From positions 6,399 to 30,398 of the forward strand of contig JAYKHL010000057.1 in the NCBI GenBank assembly GCA_035284865.1: a stretch of 24,000 bases of DNA, given 5' to 3'. Positions 15,679 to 23,037 of this stretch are shown one piece after another. The DNA is from Candidatus Sericytochromatia bacterium. Lineage in GTDB: Bacteria; Cyanobacteriota; Sericytochromatia; S15B-MN24; JAQBPE01. The position numbers were made by a program, and so were the translations under genes. The notes beneath the pieces were generated by a model that made no database searches, was not told the DNA's origin, and saw only the letters and a list, made by a program, of their open reading frames with translations. The number at the start of each line of letters is the position of its first letter. Position 1 is the first letter of the stretch.

Positions 15679-17100
15679 CTACATACCCGTCGCCATGGTG
15701 CGCTTATCGCCCGGCTCGTCCCCGCCGTCCACCCCCAGGGCCCGAAGGATGGCCTCCATCAGGCGGGTGACCCCAACGACCTTGAGGCCGGGGGGCGTGG
15801 GCACCCCACCGAGGTTGTGCCTGGGCACGATGGCTGCCGTGAAGCCCAGTTTCGCGGCCTCCTTGAGGCGGGCCTCGAGCCCGGAAACAGCTCTGATTTC
15901 TCCGTTCAGCCCCACCTCGCCGACGGCCACCAAGCCCGCAGGCAGCGCCACATCACGAAGGCTGGAGGCAACCGCCAGTGCGACGGCGAGGTCTGCCGCC
16001 GGTTCGGTGACGTCCAGGCCACCGACGACGTTCAGGTAGGCATCAGCCCTGGCCAGCGTCAAGCCGACGCGCTTCTCGAGCACGGCGAGGATCTGCACGA
16101 GGCGGTTGGACTCCAGGCCCGTGGCGCTGCGCCTGGGCTGCGCGAGGGCGCTGGGGCAGACGAGGGCCTGCACCTCCACCAGCAGGGGCCGGGTGCCCTC
16201 CATCGTGGCCACGATCGCGGAGCCACTGGCGTCCGGCGCCCGCTCCGCCAGGAACAGCTCGGAAGGGTTGGTCACCTCGCGCAGCCCGCCTGCCACCATC
16301 TCGAACACCCCCACCTCGTTGGTGGCCCCGAACCGGTTCTTCACCCCTCGAACCATCCGGTGGCTCTTGAAACGATCGCCCTCGAAGTAGAGCACGGTGT
16401 CCACCATGTGCTCCAGCACGCGCGGGCCAGCGAGGGTGCCCTCCTTCGTGACATGGCCGACCAGGCAAATGGCGATGCCCTCCTCTTTGGCAAGCTTCAT
16501 GAGGCCTCCGGTGGCCGCACGCACCTGGCTGACGCTGCCTGGCAGGGAGCTGGCGTCAGGATCGTAGACGGCCTGAATGGAGTCCACGACGGCCCAGGCT
16601 GGCCGCAGCTCCAGGATGGCGGCCTGGATGCTGCGCATGTCGGTTTCAGCCAGCACGTGCAGGTTCTCGTGCTCTGCCCCCAGCCGCCTGGCCCTCAGGC
16701 GGATCTGGCGGGCACTCTCCTCGCCGGAGGCGTAAAGCACGGTCAGGCCTGCGGCCGCCACCTCCTGCGCCACCTGCAGGAGCAACGTCGACTTCCCGAT
16801 GCCCGGGTCACCCCCCAGCAACACGAGGGACCCCGGCACGATGCCGCCACCGAGCACCCGGTCCAGCTCGCCCAGCCCCGACGCGAACCGCTCTTCTTGC
16901 GTGAGGACGACTTGCGCCATCGGCACCGGACGGCTGCGGGCGGGCAACGCCCCAGGGGCGGCAGGCCGTCCGCCACTCGATGCCGTCACGGCCTCCTCAA
17001 CCAGCGTGTTCCAGGCATCACACTCCGGGCATTTACCGAACCAGCGGGCCTGTTCTGCGCCACAACCCTGGCACACGTACCTGGTCTTGATCTTGGCCAT
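15679..17100 (-). CDS. radA: DNA repair protein RadA/Sms
   Basis: AGGAGGAG lies upstream of the ATG at 17100. Zinc finger YVCQGCGAEQARWFGKCPECDAWNT, Walker A GGDPGIGKST, the KNRFG motif and a Lon-protease-like C-terminal domain. Confidence 0.95.
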   Translation of the reverse strand: MAKIKTRYVCQGCGAEQARWFGKCPECDAWNTLVEEAVTASSGGRPAAPGALPARSRPVPMAQVVLTQEERFASGLGELDRVLGGGIVPGSLVLLGGDPGIGKSTLLLQVAQEVAAAGLTVLYASGEESARQIRLRARRLGAEHENLHVLAETDMRSIQAAILELRPAWAVVDSIQAVYDPDASSLPGSVSQVRAATGGLMKLAKEEGIAICLVGHVTKEGTLAGPRVLEHMVDTVLYFEGDRFKSHRMVRGVKNRFGATNEVGVFEMVAGGLREVTNPSELFLAERAPDASGSAIVATMEGTRPLLVEVQALVCPSALAQPRRSATGLESNRLVQILAVLEKRVGLTLARADAYLNVVGGLDVTEPAADLAVALAVASSLRDVALPAGLVAVGEVGLNGEIRAVSGLEARLKEAAKLGFTAAIVPRHNLGGVPTPPGLKVVGVTRLMEAILRALGVDGGDEPGDKRTMATGM

Positions 17101-17156
17101 CGGCTCCTCCTGGGTGTAGAACAGGTGTTCTATCTTAGCACGCAGGGCAGCCGCTA

Positions 17157-17717
17157 TCAGAAAATCCTGGTCCGCGAAGGGGGCCAGAAGACGGCCGCGG
17201 GCCGCCCCACGATGGCGTCGATCGGTAGAAGGCCCCAGTGGTGACTGTCGAAGGAGTCGTTGCGGTTGTCGCCCAACACGCACACCCGGCCGGCGGGCAC
17301 CCGCGCAGGGCCCCAGGCGTACCGGGCGGGCTCGGCGACGTACGGCTCTGCCAGCGGGCGGCCATTCACGAGCACGCCCCGCGCGGGCACCACCACCACC
17401 GTGTCGCCGGGGAGGCCGATGATGCGCTTCACGAACAGCGGAGGGCCTGCCAGCAGGCCCCAGATCCACGGGGCCGTCTCCCCGGGCAACGCCCGGAAGG
17501 GTGCCTTGAACACGACGATCTGGCCGCGCGTCGGCCTTTGAGACGGCCCCGTGGCGATCACCGCCAGCCGGTCGCCCGGCTGCAGGGTGGGCGCCATCGA
17601 GCTGGATGGCACCAGCCGGGCATGAAGCGGGCCGGCGCTCAAGAGCGCGAGGGTCGACAACCCCCCCGCCCCGAAGGCCATCAGTTCGCGGGCCGAGAGG
17701 ACGGGCCGGCTCGGCAC
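17157..17717 (-). CDS. lepB: Signal peptidase I
   Basis: SSSMAPTL (Ser box), KRIIGLPGD (Lys box) and GDNRNDSFDSHHWG. The GTG at 17717 is the first start. An ATG 12 codons downstream is an alternative. Confidence 0.88.
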   Translation of the reverse strand: MPSRPVLSARELMAFGAGGLSTLALLSAGPLHARLVPSSSMAPTLQPGDRLAVIATGPSQRPTRGQIVVFKAPFRALPGETAPWIWGLLAGPPLFVKRIIGLPGDTVVVVPARGVLVNGRPLAEPYVAEPARYAWGPARVPAGRVCVLGDNRNDSFDSHHWGLLPIDAIVGRPAAVFWPPSRTRIF

Positions 17718-17721
17718 GTCC

Positions 17722-18585
17722 TCAGCCCTTGACCGCGCCGCTGGTGAGGCCTGAGACGATGTACCGTTGCAGCAGCAGCATCACCACAACAACGGGCAGG
17801 GAGATCAGGATCGCCAGGGCCGCGAACTCACTCCAGGGCTTGGTCGTGGAGTATTGGCCCACCATGCCGTAAAGGGCCATGGCCAGCGTGAAGGTCTTCG
17901 GGTTCTCGAGCATCGTCCAGGCGAGCACGATCTCGGTCCAGCCGGTCATGAAGCCGAACAGGGCGGTGACGGCCACGGCAGGGGCGGAGAGCGGCAAGAT
18001 GATCCGCCAGAAGGCGCCCGTCTGCGTGCAGCCGTCGATCAGTGCCGCCTCTTCGAGGTCCTTGGGCACGGTGTCGAAGTACCCCTTCATATTCCAGATG
18101 GCAAACGGGAGGGTGCCCGCCGCGTAGGCGATGGCAAGCCCCACCAGGCTGGTGCGCACGTGCAAGGCCGAAAGCAGCACGTACAAGGGCGCGACCGTCG
18201 CCACGGCCGGGAACATCTGAAGCACCAGGAAGCTCTGAAGGCCGCCGTTCCGCCCGGGGAAACGGAAGCGGCTGAAGGCATAGGCGGCGCTGGCCCCCAA
18301 CCCGATGCCGAGCCCTGTGGTTCCAGCGGACAGCACGACGCTGTTCCAGAGGAGGCGACCGAACGTCAGCCCTTCCACCTCTGTAGGTTGGGCAATCACA
18401 CGGGCGAAGGCAGCCAGGGAGACCCCGTCCGGGATGAGTACGAGCTTGGTTGGTGCTGCCACGCTGTGCGGGTCCAGGGCCATCGCCACCACCCACCAGA
18501 CGGGAAACACGGCGAACAGCGCGAAGATGCTCAGCACCAGGTGGGCCACGGCGTCACCGAGGCGCCGCCACTGTCTCGGAGACAT
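17722..18585 (-). CDS. Carbohydrate ABC transporter permease (MalG-like)
   Basis: The ATG shares one base with the upstream gene's TGA (TGATG). The EAA loop reads LEEAALIDGCTQTGAFWRIILPL, and the layout is six-TM. Confidence 0.92.
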   Translation of the reverse strand: MSPRQWRRLGDAVAHLVLSIFALFAVFPVWWVVAMALDPHSVAAPTKLVLIPDGVSLAAFARVIAQPTEVEGLTFGRLLWNSVVLSAGTTGLGIGLGASAAYAFSRFRFPGRNGGLQSFLVLQMFPAVATVAPLYVLLSALHVRTSLVGLAIAYAAGTLPFAIWNMKGYFDTVPKDLEEAALIDGCTQTGAFWRIILPLSAPAVAVTALFGFMTGWTEIVLAWTMLENPKTFTLAMALYGMVGQYSTTKPWSEFAALAILISLPVVVVMLLLQRYIVSGLTSGAVKG

Positions 18586-19478
18586 CAGGCGTCCTCCAGG
18601 CCACGGGTGAGCCGCATGTTCAGCTGCGTCAGCCCGAACAGGATGAAGAAGATCAGCAGCGAGAAGGCTGACGCCACGCCGTAGAGGCCCATCGGGTCCA
18701 CGAACTTGTACGCCTGTGTCACGAGGATCTCGGTGGCCCCGAACGGCTCGCCGCGTGACACGAAGTAGATGACGTGGAAGTTGTTGAAGGTCCAGACGGC
18801 CCCCAGGGTGATGGCAGGCAGCATGGTCGGCCGGAGCATCGGCACGGTGATGGTCCAGAACTGGGTCCAGGCCGAGGCTCCGTCGATGCTGGCTGCCTCG
18901 TAGTAGTCTTTGGGGATGGCCTGGAGGCCCCCGGTGGCGACCATCATCATGAAAGGAAAGCCGAGCCAGATGTTGGTCAACAACACGGCGGCAAAGGCCG
19001 TCGGGAACGAGGCCATCCACTCGACGCCCTGGAACCCGGCGCCCTGCAGCAACAGGTTCAGCGCGCCCGACTGGGCATCGAACATGTTCCGCCAGACCAG
19101 GGCCGTCACGTACACGGGCACGGCCCAGGGCAGGATCAGCAGGGCCCGGTATAACCGCTTGCCTCGCAACCCCTCCCTGTTCAGCAGCAGTGCCAGGGCC
19201 ACGCCGATGGTGACATGAAAGGCGAGGTTCGCCCCCGTCCAGAGCAAGGTGAAACCCAACACACGCGGGAAACTCGCGTTCAACTCTGCCCCCCCGGCCA
19301 TCAGCTGCCAGAAGTTGGCGAGCCCCACAAAGTCAGGGTTCTGGTGACGGATGTGCTCTGGCCCGAAGTTCGTGAAGGCCATCCAGATGCCATACAACAT
19401 CGGGTAGAAGGTGATGGCTGCCATCAAGAGCGCGGCCGGGGCGATGTACAGGTAGGCCAGGCGGGTCGTCGGGTGCAT
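18585..19478 (-). CDS. Carbohydrate ABC transporter permease (MalF-like)
   Basis: The ATG at 19478 lies after GAGGAC. EAA loop YYEAASIDGASAWTQFWTITVPML. Confidence 0.92.
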   Translation of the reverse strand: MHPTTRLAYLYIAPAALLMAAITFYPMLYGIWMAFTNFGPEHIRHQNPDFVGLANFWQLMAGGAELNASFPRVLGFTLLWTGANLAFHVTIGVALALLLNREGLRGKRLYRALLILPWAVPVYVTALVWRNMFDAQSGALNLLLQGAGFQGVEWMASFPTAFAAVLLTNIWLGFPFMMMVATGGLQAIPKDYYEAASIDGASAWTQFWTITVPMLRPTMLPAITLGAVWTFNNFHVIYFVSRGEPFGATEILVTQAYKFVDPMGLYGVASAFSLLIFFILFGLTQLNMRLTRGLEDA

Positions 19479-19489
19479 GGGCCAGGTCC

Positions 19490-20704
19490 TCACGGGCGGG
19501 GCTTTCGCATAGCGTCGACGCGGGCCTGGATGGTTGCCTGCGCCTCCTCCAAGGCCGCAGGGATGGCAGCCTGTCCTTGCACAACCTTCCGGATGGCGCG
19601 GTCCATCGGTTCCCAGACCGCCGCGACCTCCGGTCGGATCGACACGGGGGTGCCCGAGTCTGCCTGCGCCGCGAAGGTTGCCAGCGCACTGCCCGCCGGG
19701 GCGGTGTACCCCGTGACCGCCGGAATGTGGCCGGCGCGCTCGGCCAGGGTGGCCTGGCTTTCCGGCCCGGTCAAGAAGGCGCCGAAGTCGCGAGCCAGCT
19801 TGCGGTGCGCCTGATCGGAGTTGCGATTGAACATGAGGCACTTCACCCCGACCCAGCTGGCCGCGGGCCGGCCGTCCGTCAACCGGGGCAACGGGGCCAC
19901 GCCGAGGGCGTCGCCGAGCGCTGCCTGGTAGTCCACCAATGCCCAGGGACCGTTCACGATCATGGCAGCGGAACGGGCCTTGAACATCGCATCCGGCTTG
20001 GCGTACTCGGGGCTGGCCAGGACGCCGGGGGCCCGCGCGAAGCGGACAATGTGAGCCAGCAACTCACGACCAGCGTGGCTCGCCACAGCCACGTGCCCGT
20101 CGGGCCCGAACAGGCTCCCGCCAGCCCCGAAGAAGTACCCCATGTTGAAATAAAAGTCCGCCTTCAAGGCGAAGCCTGTGCCCAGGTTGTTGGCCGCCAC
20201 GATCGAGGCCTCTCGCAGCCAGTCCTCCACGCGGGCGGGCGGCGTGGCGATCAGATCCTTGTTGTAGTAAAGCGCCACCGTCTCCCGGGATTCCGGCAGC
20301 GCATACACCTTCTCGTCGTACCGGAGGGCCTCCAGCGTGCCAGGTGCGAAGCGTTGCAACTCGGCCCCGGAGAACAGCTCCTCGACCGGGGTCACCAGGT
20401 CGGAGGCGGCGAACCGGGCTGACCAGTCGGCGTCCCCGATCACGACGTCCGGACCGCCGTTCGCCGCGGCCGAGCGAATGAACTTGTCCCGCAGCTTGTC
20501 GTAGGGAACCTGAAGTGGAAGCACCTCCACGCCTGGCTGGCTGGCCTCGAAGCGTTTGATCAGCGCCTTCAGCGTGTCGAGCTCGCGCCCACCCCAGGCG
20601 TGCCACAACACCAGGGTGCGGGCCCCTGCTCCCTCGTCACAACCTCCCAGCGGGAGGACCAGGCAGGCCGCCAGCAGGCCGAGTTGTCGCAGCAGCCGTC
20701 TCAT
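19490..20704 (-). CDS. Sugar ABC transporter substrate-binding lipoprotein (solute-binding family 1)
   Basis: Lipobox LVLPLGGC. LVLWHAWGG, YALPESRETVALYYNKDL and MIVNGPWA are typical of maltose/oligosaccharide-type binding proteins. The ATG overlaps the ATPase stop (ATGA). Confidence 0.9.
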   Translation of the reverse strand: MRRLLRQLGLLAACLVLPLGGCDEGAGARTLVLWHAWGGRELDTLKALIKRFEASQPGVEVLPLQVPYDKLRDKFIRSAAANGGPDVVIGDADWSARFAASDLVTPVEELFSGAELQRFAPGTLEALRYDEKVYALPESRETVALYYNKDLIATPPARVEDWLREASIVAANNLGTGFALKADFYFNMGYFFGAGGSLFGPDGHVAVASHAGRELLAHIVRFARAPGVLASPEYAKPDAMFKARSAAMIVNGPWALVDYQAALGDALGVAPLPRLTDGRPAASWVGVKCLMFNRNSDQAHRKLARDFGAFLTGPESQATLAERAGHIPAVTGYTAPAGSALATFAAQADSGTPVSIRPEVAAVWEPMDRAIRKVVQGQAAIPAALEEAQATIQARVDAMRKPRP

Positions 20705-21831
20705 GCCAGCGCCGCTCCGACCGAGAGCCGGCTCGTGTGCAGCACGGCCCGTTCCGTGGCAGGGTCGAACAGGTGTAGCTGGTCTGCCCGAACCCGCAAA
20801 GACACCTGGTCACCAGGCCGGAGGTCCGGAATTGCCAGGGTGTCGAGGTCGGCAACCAGCCGCTGGCCCTCACTGGCCAGGTGGACATAGGTGCGGGATC
20901 CGGAGGGCTCCACCACCTCCACCGTGCCGCGCAGGCCGGCCTCCCCGTTCGTGCTGCCGAGAGACAGCGTCTCCGGGCGAAGGCCCAGCAACACCTCGCG
21001 CCCGACCCTGTCAGCCACGTGTCCCACCGGCACCCCTGCCAGGGGCAGCGTCTGCCCCCCCAGGCGGACCAGCGGGGTTTCTTCCAGGAGCTCCAGCTGG
21101 CCTCGCAACACGTTCATCCCGGGGCTGCCGATGAAGCCCGCGACAAAGAGGTTGGCTGGCGCCTCGTAGACCTCCCGGGGCGTGGCTAGCTGAGCGACGT
21201 CACCGTGTTGCATCACGGCGATCCGGTCGCCCATCGTCATCGCCTCGGTCTGGTCGTGGGTGACGTACACGGTCGTGGTCCCGAGGCGCTGATGGAGCCG
21301 CTTCAGCTCCACGCGGGTCTCGGCCCGGAGCTTTGCATCCAGGTTGGACAGGGGCTCGTCCATCAGGAAGGCCTGGGGCTCCCGCACGATGGCCCGCGCC
21401 AGCGCCACCCGCTGGCGCTGGCCCCCGGACAGGGCCTTGGGCTTGCGGTCCAGCAAAGCCTCGAGCTGGAGGCTCGCCGCCGCCTGCCGGACGCGCGCCC
21501 GGATCTGATCGCGCGGCAAGCCTCGCAGCGCCATACTGAAGCCGATGTTGTCGGCCACCGTCAGGTGTGGGTAGAGCGCGTAGCTCTGGAACACCATCGC
21601 GAGATCCCGGTCGCGGGGCGGCACGTCGTTGACGCGGCGTTGCCCGATCAACAGGTCGCCGGCATCTGCCGTCTCGAGCCCTGCGATCATCCGTAAGGTG
21701 GTCGACTTGCCGCAGCCACTCGCCCCCACCAGCACGAGGAACTCTCCGTCCTCGATCCGCAAAGACAGGTCGCGCACCACGGGCTGGGTACCATACCGCT
21801 TCACGACGCTTCGAAGTTCAATCTCGGCCAT
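20701..21831 (-). CDS. Sugar ABC transporter ATP-binding protein (MalK/UgpC/MsiK type)
   Basis: Walker A GASGCGKST, Q-loop, signature LSGGQRQRVALARA, Walker B FLMDEPLSNLD, H-loop, and a C-terminal MalK-like regulatory/TOBE domain. The ATG at 21831 lies 8 nt after AGGAAGG. The 37-codon upstream extension in the track was rejected. Confidence 0.95.
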   Translation of the reverse strand: MAEIELRSVVKRYGTQPVVRDLSLRIEDGEFLVLVGASGCGKSTTLRMIAGLETADAGDLLIGQRRVNDVPPRDRDLAMVFQSYALYPHLTVADNIGFSMALRGLPRDQIRARVRQAAASLQLEALLDRKPKALSGGQRQRVALARAIVREPQAFLMDEPLSNLDAKLRAETRVELKRLHQRLGTTTVYVTHDQTEAMTMGDRIAVMQHGDVAQLATPREVYEAPANLFVAGFIGSPGMNVLRGQLELLEETPLVRLGGQTLPLAGVPVGHVADRVGREVLLGLRPETLSLGSTNGEAGLRGTVEVVEPSGSRTYVHLASEGQRLVADLDTLAIPDLRPGDQVSLRVRADQLHLFDPATERAVLHTSRLSVGAALA

Positions 21832-21867
21832 GGGTCGGGCCTTCCTGGGGCGGGGGAGACTCCCGGG

Positions 21868-21876
21868 ATCATACCA
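21868..21876 (-). promoter_or_regulatory. Candidate extended -10 promoter for the ABC transporter operon
   Basis: The minus strand reads TGGTATGAT (TGn plus TATGAT), about 37 nt upstream of the ATG at 21831. There is no convincing -35. Confidence 0.35.
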
Positions 21877-21904
21877 GACTGTGCCGAGTGGGGGATCGCG
21901 GCCG

Positions 21905-21934
21905 TTGACGTTCGCGAGCCTCACCTGATACCAT
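21905..21934 (+). promoter_or_regulatory. Candidate promoter for the tRNA cluster
   Basis: TTGACG (21905-21910), an 18-nt spacer ending in TGa, then TACCAT (21929-21934). The first tRNA starts 13 nt downstream, at 21947. Confidence 0.45.
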
Positions 21935-21946
21935 TTCGTCACGCCT

Positions 21947-22022
21947 GCCGGCGTAGCTCAATCGGTAGAGCACCTGATTTGTAATCAGGCGGTTGCGGGT
22001 TCGATTCCAGTCGCCGGCTCCA
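21947..22022 (+). tRNA. tRNA-Thr (anticodon UGU), CCA encoded
   Basis: Hand-folded cloverleaf. Acceptor GCCGGCG/CGCCGGC, D arm GCTC..GAGC, anticodon stem CCTGA/TCAGG with loop TTTGTAA, and T loop TTCGATT. The T stem has one G-A mismatch and one G-U pair. Confidence 0.9.
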
Positions 22023-22045
22023 CCTTGAAAAGTGAAGCATCCTTT

Positions 22046-22130
22046 GGGAGGATGCCCGAGTGGCCAAAGGGATCTGACTGTAAATCAGACGGCTCTGCCT
22101 ACGGTGGTTCGAATCCACCTCCTCCCACCA
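22046..22130 (+). tRNA. tRNA-Tyr (anticodon GUA), long variable arm, CCA encoded
   Basis: Acceptor GGGAGGA/TCCTCCC, anticodon stem TCTGA/TCAGA with loop CTGTAAA, a 13-nt variable arm, and T arm GGTGG TTCGAAT CCACC. Confidence 0.93.
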
Positions 22131-22134
22131 TTTT

Positions 22135-22206
22135 GCCCCGGTAGCTCAGTGGTAGAGCACACCCTTGGTAAGGGTGAGGTCGGCAGTTCAATCCTGCTCT
22201 GGGGCT
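22135..22206 (+). tRNA. tRNA-Thr (anticodon GGU), CCA not encoded
   Basis: Acceptor GCCCCGG/CTGGGGC (one G-U pair), anticodon stem CACCC/GGGTG with loop TTGGTAA, and T arm GGCAG TTCAATC CTGCT. It starts 4 nt after tRNA-Tyr. Confidence 0.9.
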
Positions 22207-22219
22207 CTCCGTGCACGAT

Positions 22220-22249
22220 AGCCCCCAGCCTGGCGGCGGGGGGCTTTTC
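22220..22249 (+). terminator. Probable intrinsic terminator after the tRNA cluster
   Basis: AGCCCCC (22220-22226) pairs with GGGGGCT (22239-22245). An inner GCC/GGC extension pairs around a TGGC tetraloop, and the hairpin runs into TTTTCGTT. It lies between the last tRNA and the stop of the convergent lipoprotein gene. Confidence 0.5.
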
Positions 22250-22267
22250 GTTCGCTTGGCGTCCGCC

Positions 22268-22771
22268 TCAGAACCAGCGGTACCCGGCGTAGTAGGGCCA
22301 GAAGCTGCCACCCCAGCGATAGAAGTAGGGGGACAGGTCGGACCGGTACCTCAGGTACCGGCCGTCAGCCGCATAGTACGGGAAGTAGTAGTTCCCCACA
22401 GGCAGGTAGCTGTAGGCCCGCCACGCAGAGCCCCAGTAGGGCGCATAACCCCAATTCCAGTAGCGGCGGCGGCCGAAGTAACCCAGCCTGTACTGTTGCG
22501 CCGAGCGGCCCTCGGCCGCCTGGGGCGTGGTCACCTGGTCCCCGTCGATCGTCACGAGGCGGCTGGCGCCCTCCTCCAGCGTCATGACGTCGGGCAGATC
22601 GGCCATGGCCGCCTCCGGCTGACCTGCCTCCGCCGGTGGTTGGTGCTCCAGGCTCAACAGAGCCCGGTGCGGCGTGGCCTTCCCCGCGCCGGGCTCCCCG
22701 ACCCCCGTGCCGCACCCCGCGGCGCTCGTCGCCAGCAAGGCGGCGACCGCGCCTCCAATCAAGCACCTCAT
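22268..22771 (-). CDS. Small lipoprotein (167 aa) with a Tyr/Trp/Gly/Arg-rich C-terminal half; no family recognised
   Basis: AGGAGG lies 7 nt before the ATG at 22771. Lipoprotein signal MRCLIGGAVAALLATSAAGC. C-terminus reads YRLGYFGRRRYWNWGYAPYWGSAWRAYSYLPVGNYYFPYYAADGRYLRYRSDLSPYFYRWGGSFWPYYAGYRWF. The longer track ORF (to 23173) lacks an SD and runs into the divergent promoter region. Confidence 0.78.
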   Translation of the reverse strand: MRCLIGGAVAALLATSAAGCGTGVGEPGAGKATPHRALLSLEHQPPAEAGQPEAAMADLPDVMTLEEGASRLVTIDGDQVTTPQAAEGRSAQQYRLGYFGRRRYWNWGYAPYWGSAWRAYSYLPVGNYYFPYYAADGRYLRYRSDLSPYFYRWGGSFWPYYAGYRWF

Positions 22772-23037
22772 CTCGTCCCCTCCTGCCACCTGGTGGCCTG
22801 GGCCGATCCCCACGACCGGCGTTGCGCCGAGCCTAGCCTCGCGCGCTGGGCGGAGCAACGCCGCCTTCGTCGCCTTGAATTGCTGCGAGGGGCCGTCCCT
22901 GCTGATTCTGCAGGACTTCGTGCCGGGAAGAGGGGCGTTGGAGGTGACGTCGCCAGCCGCTAGCGTGGAGCAAAGACAGCTTCCGGTGGGGCACCTAGGC
23001 CTCGGCCGCACGAGGCTGCTGACAGGGAGGACTTGCG

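Noticed and set aside
15656-15679. GGGGGC...GCCCCC hairpin between radA and motA, considered as a terminator
   Set aside because: It has only a 6-bp stem with a 12-nt loop and no T-tract. That is insufficient to call, so radA and motAB may be co-transcribed.
15580-17244. 554-aa plus-strand ORF opposite radA
   Set aside because: It is antisense to radA, which has a zinc finger, Walker A and KNRFG motifs. The ORF itself has no motifs of its own.
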